From the IMG/VR virus record IMGVR_UViG_3300042318_001133, positions 15,562 through 79,561 of that record: a DNA stretch of 64,000 nt; one strand, written 5' to 3'. This DNA comes from a virus (taxonomy: Duplodnaviria; Caudoviricetes). Position 1 is the first letter of the stretch; every line of letters starts with the position of its first letter. Shown here piece by piece: positions 27,501 through 37,291 of this stretch. The notes beneath the pieces were generated by a model. The model saw only the letters and a program-made list of their open reading frames with translations. It had not been told where the DNA came from and ran no database searches. Position numbers and translations under genes: made by a program.

Positions 27501-29588
27501 GGTATTATTGTTCCCATTTTCAAGACGTAATGCGTAATTTGTACCGCCGTTAATTGCCTTGAAATGACCTCCGACGTTAATTCCTCCAGTTGCACCAATT
27601 GCCTCACCGTAAATCGCTGCTTTATTGCCTGACGTTCCAGTTGCGCTAACGGACAATATCTGTGTAGTTGCATTAAGGTTCGATAAAATCGATAAATATT
27701 TTGTTGAAGATAATGTTGTACCTATAGAAAGTGTCGTTCCATCATCTTGCATTTGAGATGCTGTAATCTTTGTCGGAGCTGCAGTATCCCATTTAGTAAG
27801 ATAATTGTCTACACGACTTGTACCGATCAATACGTCTCCAGTTCCTGTCGCAGGAGTTGCCCAATCAGCCTTCCCGTTTGCGTCAGATGTAAGAACTTTA
27901 CCTGCACCTTGATTTCCACTATCAATTAATAAAGGAAAAGATGTACCCGCACCACCATTTCTTGTTCGAATGTATATTCCGTAATTTGCAAACGCTGTTG
28001 TTTGATCTACGCGCACTCGGATACCATAATTGGTTGACGTTGAAGAAAGTGCAGTCGCCAATATTCCCGTAGAGTGTTCCGATCCAAGTAATAGATCGTC
28101 ATAAGTACTACTTGCATATGTTGGTACACTTCCGTCAGATGCAACAAAACGACCTCCAAGATTAACTAAAGAACCCTCTACTGTCGCATAAATTCCATGA
28201 CTAACTGCAGCAACGCTTGTATTTAATACATTGATAGCAGTTCGAGTAGTGCTTGCGGCACCAGACAGTGCTAAATTAATGCCAATATTGTGTGTTGCAG
28301 ATGCTGTATTTAATAGCGTTGTAGCGACAAGTGAAGCTCCCAATGCTGTCGAAGTTCCATCGTCTACAAATTGAGAAGATGTAATTTCATTAGCAGAAGA
28401 TGTCCATTTTGTTAGGTGATTTGTTTGTTGATTGACTGATGTAACTGTACCAAGAGATAGCGTTACGTAACCTACTCTACCTGCCGAGTCTAATATTTTT
28501 AAGAACTTATCTGTATTATCTACTCCCGCCTCTTCTAATCGTAAAGCGTAAGCTGATCCACTTCCAGAGTTGGTTGCTTTGAAGTATCCTGCATAAAACG
28601 TACCAGCACCTACTCCATTTACGAATCCAACAACACCATAAGCATCGAGAGTTGTGTGTTGTGCTTGTCCAATTACGCCGGCAAATCCTCCGTTTGAAAA
28701 GTTTCCAATTGACGTTTCAAACGCACTACCTAAAACAGCATAACCTTTTGCAGTTGCTGATGTTAGGGTGCTGGACAATCCAATTGAATTAGCAACTGCA
28801 CTCTGAGTAGTTAAATCGAAATGTGTTGAGTTGTTTTGAGAGGTTGCAAATGAACTCTTCCATAAATTTACTCGACCAGAACCTCCAGCCAAGTAAGATG
28901 CTCTCAAATATGCCGTAGCACTTGCAGCTATACCAAATCCAACATTAGTTCCATCGTCGAAGATCGTAGAATCACCCAACGCATTGCCGGTTGGAGCGAA
29001 TCGAGCAATCTTTCCTGCAGTACCTCCAACGACATTCATTTTATTGTTGAAGATATTCCAATCTACAGCCGAGATCCATCCTGGCGTTGTAGCATTTGCT
29101 TGAGCCATTGAAATGACTCCCGTAGATGCATTATATGCTACTGGCGCAGTTGCTGAAATTTGCGCTCTTACGTTTGTAGCATTGAAATATTTATTTGTAG
29201 CTCCTTCTGGTAAATCGTCAGTCGTTTTCGCAGCAAAGTCTGTGTCAAATCTTCCAGCAGTGTAGTATAAATTAACGACACCCTCAGTAAGATCGTCTGT
29301 TGTTTTTGCAGTAAAATCTGCATCAAACAAAGAAGTGTTGTAGAATTTATTTGTAGAACCTACATCACTCAAATCATCTGGATCTAATACAACCGTCGGC
29401 GTAGTATATCCATTGATTGAAGATATTCCTGAACCTCCTCCTGATAATAATACCCAAGCAGACGTTACTGTATTGTAATAGTAATGTAAATGATCTGCTG
29501 TATTTAACCACAGCATAGCTTGATTTGTAGGTGCAATTGAACCTACAAACAACGCCTTTACTACTCCTAAATTTTTTGTTGTTGGCAT
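24552..29588 (-). CDS. long tail fibre/adhesin (1678 aa) with internal repeats
   Basis: G/A/T/S/N-rich; repeated G(K/Y/H)(V/F)LxSDxxGxAxW and LxKWT...DDGT modules; poly-Gly near C-terminus. Confidence 0.85.
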   Translation of the reverse strand: MPTTKNLGVVKALFVGSIAPTNQAMLWLNTADHLHYYYNTVTSAWVLLSGGGSGISSINGYTTPTVVLDPDDLSDVGSTNKFYNTSLFDADFTAKTTDDLTEGVVNLYYTAGRFDTDFAAKTTDDLPEGATNKYFNATNVRAQISATAPVAYNASTGVISMAQANATTPGWISAVDWNIFNNKMNVVGGTAGKIARFAPTGNALGDSTIFDDGTNVGFGIAASATAYLRASYLAGGSGRVNLWKSSFATSQNNSTHFDLTTQSAVANSIGLSSTLTSATAKGYAVLGSAFETSIGNFSNGGFAGVIGQAQHTTLDAYGVVGFVNGVGAGTFYAGYFKATNSGSGSAYALRLEEAGVDNTDKFLKILDSAGRVGYVTLSLGTVTSVNQQTNHLTKWTSSANEITSSQFVDDGTSTALGASLVATTLLNTASATHNIGINLALSGAASTTRTAINVLNTSVAAVSHGIYATVEGSLVNLGGRFVASDGSVPTYASSTYDDLLLGSEHSTGILATALSSTSTNYGIRVRVDQTTAFANYGIYIRTRNGGAGTSFPLLIDSGNQGAGKVLTSDANGKADWATPATGTGDVLIGTSRVDNYLTKWDTAAPTKITASQMQDDGTTLSIGTTLSSTKYLSILSNLNATTQILSVSATGTSGNKAAIYGEAIGATGGINVGGHFKAINGGTNYALRLENGNNNTGLYLKVLDSNGNIGFSTEVGLGTVTDQGGTGGTLHKLTKWTGSKEVGDSAFIQHATAGSIAIGGAASATSLFLSSNTDETFVNAIYGYVGDVSATTRHRAGYFVNESINTNINEGLRAAATNSSLQNIAHYAYAGPVDPTTSTTAALIGSNVGIVGFAGGAATNNTAGYFGSKSTTTLRNYGLIIEAANAGAGDHFAMKIIDGNQAAGYVLTSDLDGNAYWAASAGASLTGSGTAGKLARWTTTTNLGDSLIRDNGSVLGFGSAVDSTVAINSTSAVQYGMVHINTYASTLISYGAQFAATGTRATGTNVGQVNWAMNNSNGNVAFAGLVNTSSYSTAGANEDISFLADGTNQAGHTFYGIKSTTSGAGTLNVGGYFKASGATANYAIYTDGGGVRLDGLPTTAVVGAVLSAINVNGLADWKVLSASDVGAVGGSGTINSVSKWITSTTLGDSLLVDDGTTVGVGNLVTQVMFNVAGGTNTYGIKSVTATTNSFGAAIFGANTSSTTAIHQIGIHGKATGAVAGSIQYGMFGGAGTYANPSLAAQQIGLFGIAGTNSGQKATAIVGYATESHAGNNYGILVYALNAGAGESYIGQFQDSRTEGTGKFLKSIDNNGTAEWAAISAGDVSGLLTGTGLNGQVTLWDGPDAVGGVENILYSTGSLGSNSIWIKDSASNLASTRISDGTITIYNTSTTALFQSTTISDSMYPIQTFNRYRAGTTAVIANDIIGSTFYNTIGGSNQALISVIATATHVAAGAGGVKMEISTTATGGTSNDLRWSILGGGQLFHNTQTLMIDSTPTISGGSGLPIFALELKTAAYYRSGALFRATNTTAFQSTGVTGESIGVSSGTSNIGVAGTAGGNTNFNVGVSGLSTTAGTGVNIGGQFEASGGASNYALKILDGNQAAGHFLLSDASGYAAWGTINSLTTDSTPDGANDYVATYDASANLHKKVLINTLVTAGGGGGGGGSSAGANIYMFNNFK

Positions 29589-29598
29589 CTCTTATTGT

Positions 29599-29919
29599 TT
29601 ATATCGTTACTTGAATTTCTCCCGTTGATTGATCTATTCCATAAATGCTTGCAGGAAAGGCATTATCATAGGAAATTACGATTAATTCACCATCTCCATT
29701 AATTAAGAAATCAAGATGTGATGCACAATTGTTATGTTGGAGTCGCATAGCTAACTCCCCTTCGATGAAATTTGTATAATCTAAATTACTTGGAACGTCT
29801 ACTATCAATGCAGATAGTAAGTGTCCAGTGTTTTGCGGATCATAATACGTATGAATAGTAAGATCTGCGCCACTAACTGTAAGTGTTGTTGTTGTCGATA
29901 TTTGACTACTTTCTGGCAT
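29599..29919 (-). CDS. hypothetical virion protein (106 aa)
   Basis: Between baseplate J-like gene and long fibre. Confidence 0.5.
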   Translation of the reverse strand: MPESSQISTTTTLTVSGADLTIHTYYDPQNTGHLLSALIVDVPSNLDYTNFIEGELAMRLQHNNCASHLDFLINGDGELIVISYDNAFPASIYGIDQSTGEIQVTI

Positions 29920-29920
29920 A

Positions 29921-31120
29921 TTAAATTACAGTTAGTAGTGTATTTTGATACGAAAAGTCTGGTTGATTTGGATAATATACCGGATTTAAAGTTCCAGAGA
30001 TATTTTGTAGAATATTCCCCTGTGTATCTAACATTAAAAATCCTCTTAAACGTGGTAATTTATTAACGTCAACAATTATATCCAGACTCGGAACGAACGT
30101 CGCATCTGGAACGTATTTCACACCAGAAACTCGCTTCACGATAGATAGCAACTCGTCCCATTCAACTTTTTGATATGGTTTCCAGTATCTAAAGTCTAAA
30201 TACTTACTAATTGCATTTTGGATATTCTTACGAACATCGTCCGGATTATAATTTGCAAACAACTCAACCCTAAAGCTGACGTCAATTGGTTGCCATATAA
30301 CATTTTTCAATACTACTTGAATTGACTGTGCACCCCATTGAGATAGTTCTGTCAAATTGAAATAATCTTGACCTTCATTTAGAAGTGCATCTAATTCAGT
30401 AGAATTCAAATCAATTCCATTAACCGTTGCAATTGCAATCGTCGCTTTCCCTAATGGATCTATTCCTTGATAAAAACACTTCAATACATTTGAATTGATC
30501 TTTTGAAATACGTGAGTAATTTTCGCTAAAGTGCCAGTTGCAGCTAAATTAGCTCCATCTTTAATTCTTATACGAAAATCTTCATCACCTTCAATGTCAC
30601 GACCACCAATTGCACGATATTCGTTCGTAACATATAAATGTCCAACTGGAATAGGATCTACGGTACTGATTGTTAGCGCGTCAATGTTGACCTTTTCACC
30701 AGAATCAACGCTTCGAACCTTAACGTACTCAAATCCATTTACTCCGATAGTTACGTTTGACTCTAAATCAAACACCAATCCGTGATTTCCTGAGAATTTG
30801 TGTGTACCTGCAAGATAAATCGTTCCAGGATCTGCCACTAATCGTAAGTATGTTGAACTTTGAGCTAAACCGAAACGAGCAGCGATTCCATAATTTGACG
30901 CAACCGTATCTAAGTAAGCCCCAAAAGCACTATCTGGAAACATATGAGACTCTACAATAGCGATATCTTTCAATGCCTTTTGACCAACTTTCGCTGCACC
31001 AAACGCAATACCACCCAAGACGCTGTTATCTGCAATCTTAGTCACTTTCGCAGTCTTATTGATTAAGATCTCGACGAAAATTTGCTTTAATTCCTCTAAT
31101 GTAGATACTCGTGTTATCAT
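29921..31120 (-). CDS. baseplate J-like wedge protein
   Basis: AFGAYLDTVASNYG..R, GGRDIEGDEDFRIRI, IVKRVSGVKYV: baseplate J signatures. Confidence 0.88.
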   Translation of the reverse strand: MITRVSTLEELKQIFVEILINKTAKVTKIADNSVLGGIAFGAAKVGQKALKDIAIVESHMFPDSAFGAYLDTVASNYGIAARFGLAQSSTYLRLVADPGTIYLAGTHKFSGNHGLVFDLESNVTIGVNGFEYVKVRSVDSGEKVNIDALTISTVDPIPVGHLYVTNEYRAIGGRDIEGDEDFRIRIKDGANLAATGTLAKITHVFQKINSNVLKCFYQGIDPLGKATIAIATVNGIDLNSTELDALLNEGQDYFNLTELSQWGAQSIQVVLKNVIWQPIDVSFRVELFANYNPDDVRKNIQNAISKYLDFRYWKPYQKVEWDELLSIVKRVSGVKYVPDATFVPSLDIIVDVNKLPRLRGFLMLDTQGNILQNISGTLNPVYYPNQPDFSYQNTLLTVI

Positions 31121-31148
31121 ATTGAGGCTAAATATCTTGACTTTTACT

Positions 31149-32075
31149 CTAAATCGATGCCGTTCCCTCCAATAAATCTCCCAATCTACTTTCTACTTGA
31201 AATTTTACAAACAAGGCATCCTGCTTACTTGCAATTTCAAGTACTTGGATAGATTTCATCGTATCATCCTTTTGAAACGTTGTTGTGAGTTGATCTATTA
31301 ATTGTTGATATTGGAATGTCGCTAAATTGGATCCAACCAAAAGAGCTGCTTGAATTCCATCTCCTGGAAATTCTGGATTATCTCCCTGCCTTAATTGAGA
31401 GTTGATCTCGACGGACTGTTCAAGTGTTTTCTTTGGGGTTAGTGTTGTTAGGTCATTATTTGAAAAGGATAGTTGTCGATCAACATCTTTACCTAAAATA
31501 TTTTCACCTACTAAATTATCAACAACTGAATTGATCGTCAATCCAGAATCGGTTGTTGTCAATGAAAGTACCGTTCCGCCATTTGGAGTATAATCTTCTT
31601 CACGTAAATCGTTATCAATAGCTAACTTCACCCAATCGTTATGTTGATCGTCTGAACCTGCAATGTTGAGTGCTACGTGTTCAATTGTCTGGAAATTTTG
31701 AAGTGTGTGATCAACTTGTTGAGTGGATCCGAAACCGCTCTTCGTAATGGCACTTTTCTGCCACCTACTTGAATTATCGATACTCCACAAGCTACCTCGC
31801 AGCTCTTCGATTAAATCCATTAATAGCCAAAAATCAACGCGATCAAATTTATCTCGAAAACTATTTACCACCTCATTCAATTTTGCAGACGCCTCCAATA
31901 GATCGCGCAATGCATTAAATGACGGCATGTGAGGCCTATTTACCAGACCTCCATAATAATCTACCACTTGCGCTTGAGCTCCTTCTGAAAAATCGACATA
32001 ATTTTGAAGATGATCTTGTAGAGGATATCCTGTAATCTTTTCAAACTCCTCAATAGCTTTAGTCAGTACTCCCAT
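31149..32075 (-). CDS. baseplate wedge protein (LysM-like + gp25-like C-terminus)
   Basis: TLQNFQTIEHVA...WVKLAIDNDL LysM-like; FQKDDTMKSIQV...FVKFQVESRLG gp25-like. Confidence 0.65.
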   Translation of the reverse strand: MGVLTKAIEEFEKITGYPLQDHLQNYVDFSEGAQAQVVDYYGGLVNRPHMPSFNALRDLLEASAKLNEVVNSFRDKFDRVDFWLLMDLIEELRGSLWSIDNSSRWQKSAITKSGFGSTQQVDHTLQNFQTIEHVALNIAGSDDQHNDWVKLAIDNDLREEDYTPNGGTVLSLTTTDSGLTINSVVDNLVGENILGKDVDRQLSFSNNDLTTLTPKKTLEQSVEINSQLRQGDNPEFPGDGIQAALLVGSNLATFQYQQLIDQLTTTFQKDDTMKSIQVLEIASKQDALFVKFQVESRLGDLLEGTASI

Positions 32076-32848
32076 TACAGTTTTGGTGCTAAATTGTTTC
32101 TAATCGCAGACACTATCAAATTACCTGCCTTCGCTATATTATCGAATGCTAAAATCTTAATAAGAGAGGTTTTTGTATCTTTCTTAATTGCATCTAAAGG
32201 CAATACTGCCTTCAGCGTTAAGTTATATTGCCATAGCATATTTGACGAACCCTTCTCTTGATTTAGCGTCAAATTCATCACCTCTACTACGTGATTAGCA
32301 TTCAGTGCTGCATTTCGAAAGAAAAGTCTCATTGGCCTATCTTTATCGTCTAACCCTACACTTTTATCACAAATAGCTTGCAAGATTTTGGTAGCTCCAT
32401 ATCCGGTCGTGATTGTTTGATTGAAGCGAGGGAATTTCTTAAATACAGTCTTCTGTTTCCAATTCATATCCTCCTTTGAAAACACTCCAGATAGGTATGA
32501 GAATTTCAATGCCGTAAAACTAACAACTGATGTACCGACCATAAACTTTAAATGACGACCAAACGTGCCCGATAGTGAGATATCCATTGGCACGTAAACA
32601 GTAGACTTTAAAATAGATACACCTCCAGCCGTTTGCTTAATGTTAGTAATGTGAGAACTACTATAACTCATTTGATCTGGCATAATTGGAAACACTAACG
32701 AATCTACAATACCTCCATCTGAATTTACAAGATCCAATGAACACATATAGTATTCGAAATCGTTCGGAAATAAAGCATGAGTACCAGCTCTACCTAACGA
32801 TAGAACGAGATCACGATACTGTAAATATGCTAAATCGTTTTTTGCCAT
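32075..32848 (-). CDS. baseplate hub/tube-initiator-like protein
   Basis: VFPIMPDQMSYS, ISLSGTFG, WQYNLTLKA patterns; module position. Confidence 0.6.
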   Translation of the reverse strand: MAKNDLAYLQYRDLVLSLGRAGTHALFPNDFEYYMCSLDLVNSDGGIVDSLVFPIMPDQMSYSSSHITNIKQTAGGVSILKSTVYVPMDISLSGTFGRHLKFMVGTSVVSFTALKFSYLSGVFSKEDMNWKQKTVFKKFPRFNQTITTGYGATKILQAICDKSVGLDDKDRPMRLFFRNAALNANHVVEVMNLTLNQEKGSSNMLWQYNLTLKAVLPLDAIKKDTKTSLIKILAFDNIAKAGNLIVSAIRNNLAPKL

Positions 32849-33453
32849 TATTTAATATCTGTCGATTCAAGTAAAGTGTAAGTAAATGAATTGCCATGAA
32901 TATCTCGAGACAATCTCATAATAGACATGAATTCGTTGAAGTCTTTTAATCGCTTGAATACTTGACATCCTTCAGACCAATTCTCAACATACTCAGATTG
33001 AGTTTTTGGATTTGATCTATGACCATTGATTCCAAACACCCCCTCAACAACCATAGTTTCGTCAAAAACCATGTCTTTATTTTTATCTCTCCAACCTCTA
33101 CAAGGTTTTACTTGACGCATTGCCTCATACTTGCCTTGGTGTAGACCAATAGCCCACATACCTCTATATTGTCCGGGCATAAGTCTAAATACTCCTGCAG
33201 GATTATGAAACTGTTTTACAGCTTTCGTTCCTGGATCTGTAGTAATATCCCATTCACGATATTCCCACTTTCCATTCTTCTTAAATGAAAGTGTTAATTT
33301 ATCGTCAAATACGTTTGTTACAGCGTCTGCAAGTTTCGGATCGTTATTACGAACACCCACTACATTTACGTCAAAACCTTTATTTGCTTCATCTGCAAAA
33401 AATACAAATCCTTTTGATTTTAATGTAGCTTCAATTTGTTCCTTTGAATACAT
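32848..33453 (-). CDS. L,D-transpeptidase(YkuD)-like peptidoglycan-acting enzyme, candidate lysin
   Basis: GINGH-x14-SEGCQV matches the H-x(14-17)-SxGC catalytic motif. Confidence 0.65.
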   Translation of the reverse strand: MYSKEQIEATLKSKGFVFFADEANKGFDVNVVGVRNNDPKLADAVTNVFDDKLTLSFKKNGKWEYREWDITTDPGTKAVKQFHNPAGVFRLMPGQYRGMWAIGLHQGKYEAMRQVKPCRGWRDKNKDMVFDETMVVEGVFGINGHRSNPKTQSEYVENWSEGCQVFKRLKDFNEFMSIMRLSRDIHGNSFTYTLLESTDIK

Positions 33454-33487
33454 AGCTTAAATTTTTAATAAAAGTACCAATTCTTTT

Positions 33488-33940
33488 TCAACTCCACGGT
33501 ATAGTTACACCACTGGAATTATTGATTGCCAGTCCGGTTCGAAACCATGCATCTGTAATTGTTGCAAATAGCGCTGCACAATCATCTGCCGAGCCTCCAT
33601 TTAGTCCCAAAATAGTTACCGGAACGATATTTAAAGGTAAGGGGGGAGGTGTTCCTGTAAATGTAGGAGCCATACCCAATCCCAGCTGTGTAGCGTAAGC
33701 TGTAAATGCAGCAATCAATAGAGGTATTCCATTTTGAGTATTTGGATCTACACCCATCATAATACTTTGAAAGGCAGACTTCGCTGCCGCTGCTGTAGTA
33801 CTGGGAGGTACTACTGAACTGGCATAATTATCCACAGCAGTTGCCCAATCAGACGCTGCTGCAGCTATGTCTTTTGGCATAGTTGCAGGAGTGAATATTG
33901 TCTTCAATCCTTGCTGTAATATTGAACTTACCAATGGCAT
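33488..33940 (-). CDS. hypothetical baseplate/spike-associated protein
   Basis: Ala/Pro-rich, coupled downstream of the spike gene. Confidence 0.5.
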   Translation of the reverse strand: MPLVSSILQQGLKTIFTPATMPKDIAAAASDWATAVDNYASSVVPPSTTAAAAKSAFQSIMMGVDPNTQNGIPLLIAAFTAYATQLGLGMAPTFTGTPPPLPLNIVPVTILGLNGGSADDCAALFATITDAWFRTGLAINNSSGVTIPWS

Positions 33941-34854
33941 TATTCTGTTTTTGAATACGTTGAAAGAATCTTATCTAATGAACTGCTAACGAGCGATGCA
34001 ATCGCTGGTGCATTGATTGGAGTTCCTGACGGTCCAAATGCAGTTGGTACGGTAATTGCTTTAATTTGATCGATTAAATCACTAATGAACTGTTTTGCAG
34101 TATCACCTAAAACCATAGCCTCTTTACCAGATCCCAAATCAACCTCTTTTACTGCCTTTATTTGGATTTTTTCTTCGTTTGCGAGTATTTCATTATCAAA
34201 CTCATCTTTATACGATAAGCCGGCTCCTTTGACGTATTGTATAGTAGTCTCTTTATCGTCAATAGATCTGTCTTTTATTGTTACGTTGAGAGAGTCTGTT
34301 GCCTTGAGATTGATCTTACCCAAAGCTTCAATATTAACTTGACCTTGAGTGAAGAGATTGATTTCTGCACTTTTTGCAAGATTGGTTGCTGATATATTGA
34401 TCGTTCCACCAGTTGATGCTTCATTCATTACATCTAACGATAACTCTCCCTTATCTCCTCGTCCTGAGATAGTTACATGGCCTCCGTTAAATTCTCGAAT
34501 AATCTTGAATTGGTGTTCAAGTAGAGTTGTTCCTTCGTCATATCGCTCAACCAGAGCTACGATCATTGGATTATCTTGACTTGGCAAATTTACCCATACC
34601 ACTGCTGTACCTAAAGATGCTTTATCGGCTAAGTCTGCTACAAGAGGAAATTCTAAGAAGCCCAAATCGCTCTTGTTGCAGTGTACGTTCCAAATGATTC
34701 CACCAGTCTCTGTCAATATGCCTACAGTACCGGTACGTAAGCATTTTTGAACATAGGCAGCTCGATCTGTATTGGTTGGAATAATAATATACCCAATACC
34801 TGCAGAATATTTTGGATTCGAAACTCCACGTCTCTTTATCGCTCTATCTCTCAT
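33940..34854 (-). CDS. baseplate central spike (gpV/gp5-like)
   Basis: N-terminal OB-like region, repeated beta-strand I/L-x-I-x-A segments, C-terminal MVLGD...VPTAFGPSGTPIN. Confidence 0.7.
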   Translation of the reverse strand: MRDRAIKRRGVSNPKYSAGIGYIIIPTNTDRAAYVQKCLRTGTVGILTETGGIIWNVHCNKSDLGFLEFPLVADLADKASLGTAVVWVNLPSQDNPMIVALVERYDEGTTLLEHQFKIIREFNGGHVTISGRGDKGELSLDVMNEASTGGTINISATNLAKSAEINLFTQGQVNIEALGKINLKATDSLNVTIKDRSIDDKETTIQYVKGAGLSYKDEFDNEILANEEKIQIKAVKEVDLGSGKEAMVLGDTAKQFISDLIDQIKAITVPTAFGPSGTPINAPAIASLVSSSLDKILSTYSKTE

Positions 34855-34859
34855 GTCAA

Positions 34860-37289
34860 TTAGCCGTTATTTGATTTTTTATCCATGTATTGACGTCTCT
34901 TTTGAAAGAAAGTAAACACCTTCTCATTCACAGCACCCTTTTGTTGCAATTCTTGATTGAACTGTACATTTGCCTGTAAGCTTGTATCGTCGCCCGTTAA
35001 GTAGGTGGTAAATACACTATATATAAGTTGCAAGTCGACAAGCTGAAAGTAGCTCATAAAAACATCTTGACCCTCATAAGATACAGTGACTCCTTTAATG
35101 TATCGCTCTACCATTCCCCTCTCTACAGTTAGTGTCGTCGTTCTGTCAATTTCACTACCAACTCTATAATTATTTGCCACTGACGTAATATAGAACATTT
35201 CTCCCGTAGCTGCATATCGGATCCACGTTCCTTTTTTAAATCTCCTATCTCCATTGATCGTTATAGTTCCTTGTCGCGTAAATGGTAGGTACATATTCGA
35301 TTCAATAAGAAAAATTAAATCATTTGCAATTTGATTGGCAACGAAATTAGTAGACTTGTTTGAATTATATGCAGAATGTGCTTCGTATGGAACGTATTGC
35401 GACTCTACAGATAACCTCTTTGCTCCGTAAACTTGGGCATACTCTTCAAGATGAATGGTAAAAACTTCATCTTTACCAACGGCAGGACCTGCCGGCTTAA
35501 TTTCATAAATTGAATAGCATGGATCGTTGCAAAAAGAAAGATTATCACCCAATACATCTATCTCTTCGATCGATAAAATGTATTCAGTAGTCCCTCCTGC
35601 TATAACTGTAGCTTCTTCCAGAGTTTTTGTCTTTTTATCTGTAGCATCTAAAGGCGCTGTTTCGGTAATGTCTGCTCGTGGCTTCAACTTCTTTTTACTC
35701 AACCTATCAGTTGTACCCGGTTCTGATTTAGGATCTGGTGCTGCAGTGATTCCGTTAAGTAGAGATTTTAAATGCTGTCCTGTAAATGGAGGCTGTCTCA
35801 CGATAAACCAAAACTGATCTCCAATGGTATCGGTTGAAAATTCAACGAAAGGCATCTGACAAAATTTGTAGAATTGATTAATCAAACTACCATCTGGATA
35901 CGAGATACTGGAATCTGCAATATATCGATTTGCAACTGCACTGTCAATCGACAGTCGAATAATTTGCCAAATTCCCTTTGCCGGTTCATCTTCAATTGAG
36001 GGTTGGAAGTTCGATACTCCTTTATCTCGACTACCCTCAAGCCTATACTTCAATACTCGTCGATCTCCATATCCAACAAACGCTTCGTCAGGAACAACAG
36101 AAATGCCTGCCACTACATTCATGATAAATTGCATTGACCATGAAATTGATCTATATGCATATTCAGCCATGATCGGATATTTACCGTTTGCAGTCAATCG
36201 CTGCGCTAAACCTCCACTTTGATCTAATTGTGCCAATGAATGTGCGGGAGTTGCATAAAAATAACTACCATCGTCAATAATTGCCTTTGTCAAATCTCGT
36301 CCATTTATCGTAATCTCAACGTCATTCGATTGACCATTGACAGACATGCTTGTAGCATCTACAAGTCCGATTAAATCGTAATTATTTCCTGGAATATTTT
36401 GAGGTGTAAGGAAGAATTTATCTCCGTCTTGACGTCTTTTCTTTGATTCACCTATAAGCGTCTCAAATCGAATGAAAACCATATCGTTCGGTTGAATAAG
36501 GTGATGGAATAGAAAAATGCGACGATCTAATTCACCTAAACGTCTTGGATCATCTGAAGAGGTCTTGTGTAGCGTTGTATTAACTATCTCTGTAGATCCA
36601 CTATCTGACTTTCGATCAATCTTCCATCCATTTTTACTTCCAATTACAGGAATAGGTGCCACCGTCAATGAGAAGTTTCCTCCATTTTCAGCATTGGCCA
36701 TATCACAATTCATTATGAATGCAGAAATGTCAATATACTTCCCGCCTGGACTTGGAGATTTATTTGGATCTGGATCTGTAGAAATCGCCTCATCTGTAAG
36801 TGCACGGACCCACATCCATACAGTAATGTTTGGATGAGAATAGCGAACGCCTCCTTGGGATTTATTTACACTTCGATTCAATAACTTATATCCCGGATGT
36901 TCAAGTAATTGCTTATGTGTCGATGTAATGAATGTTTTATAATCTTTCTGTTCAACTAATTGATTTTGACCAGTAACTGCAAGAGTTTCTTTGAATATAC
37001 TTTCTTCGGGAACAGCTAAGCGTGAACCTAAAGGCAATCGAGAAGATCCATTTATTGATTCAGCAACACTACCAACATCTGCAATGTCACTTTCTTTATA
37101 AAGAGAGAAAATTCTATCTCTATTGCGAACTCCATCTACATCGTAATCAAGTACCATCAAGGCAGTCATTCCCGTTTTTGTTGTAGGATCGAATGGAACG
37201 ACAATTCCCAAAGCACTCTCAAGTAGCTGGTCAACGTTAGTAATTTCACTATCGTTATGTGTATACCAAATGTATTTTTTATTTGCCAT
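34860..37289 (-). CDS. baseplate hub protein (gp27/gp44-like)
   Basis: TINGRDLTKAIID, GTITINGDRRFKKG, TTLTVERG; directly after the tape measure gene. Confidence 0.7.
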   Translation of the reverse strand: MANKKYIWYTHNDSEITNVDQLLESALGIVVPFDPTTKTGMTALMVLDYDVDGVRNRDRIFSLYKESDIADVGSVAESINGSSRLPLGSRLAVPEESIFKETLAVTGQNQLVEQKDYKTFITSTHKQLLEHPGYKLLNRSVNKSQGGVRYSHPNITVWMWVRALTDEAISTDPDPNKSPSPGGKYIDISAFIMNCDMANAENGGNFSLTVAPIPVIGSKNGWKIDRKSDSGSTEIVNTTLHKTSSDDPRRLGELDRRIFLFHHLIQPNDMVFIRFETLIGESKKRRQDGDKFFLTPQNIPGNNYDLIGLVDATSMSVNGQSNDVEITINGRDLTKAIIDDGSYFYATPAHSLAQLDQSGGLAQRLTANGKYPIMAEYAYRSISWSMQFIMNVVAGISVVPDEAFVGYGDRRVLKYRLEGSRDKGVSNFQPSIEDEPAKGIWQIIRLSIDSAVANRYIADSSISYPDGSLINQFYKFCQMPFVEFSTDTIGDQFWFIVRQPPFTGQHLKSLLNGITAAPDPKSEPGTTDRLSKKKLKPRADITETAPLDATDKKTKTLEEATVIAGGTTEYILSIEEIDVLGDNLSFCNDPCYSIYEIKPAGPAVGKDEVFTIHLEEYAQVYGAKRLSVESQYVPYEAHSAYNSNKSTNFVANQIANDLIFLIESNMYLPFTRQGTITINGDRRFKKGTWIRYAATGEMFYITSVANNYRVGSEIDRTTTLTVERGMVERYIKGVTVSYEGQDVFMSYFQLVDLQLIYSVFTTYLTGDDTSLQANVQFNQELQQKGAVNEKVFTFFQKRRQYMDKKSNNG

Positions 37290-37291
37290 GA

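Noticed and set aside
18026-29588. Diversity-generating retroelement acting on fibre C-termini
   Set aside because: No reverse transcriptase and no template/variable repeat pair differing at adenines seen in the window
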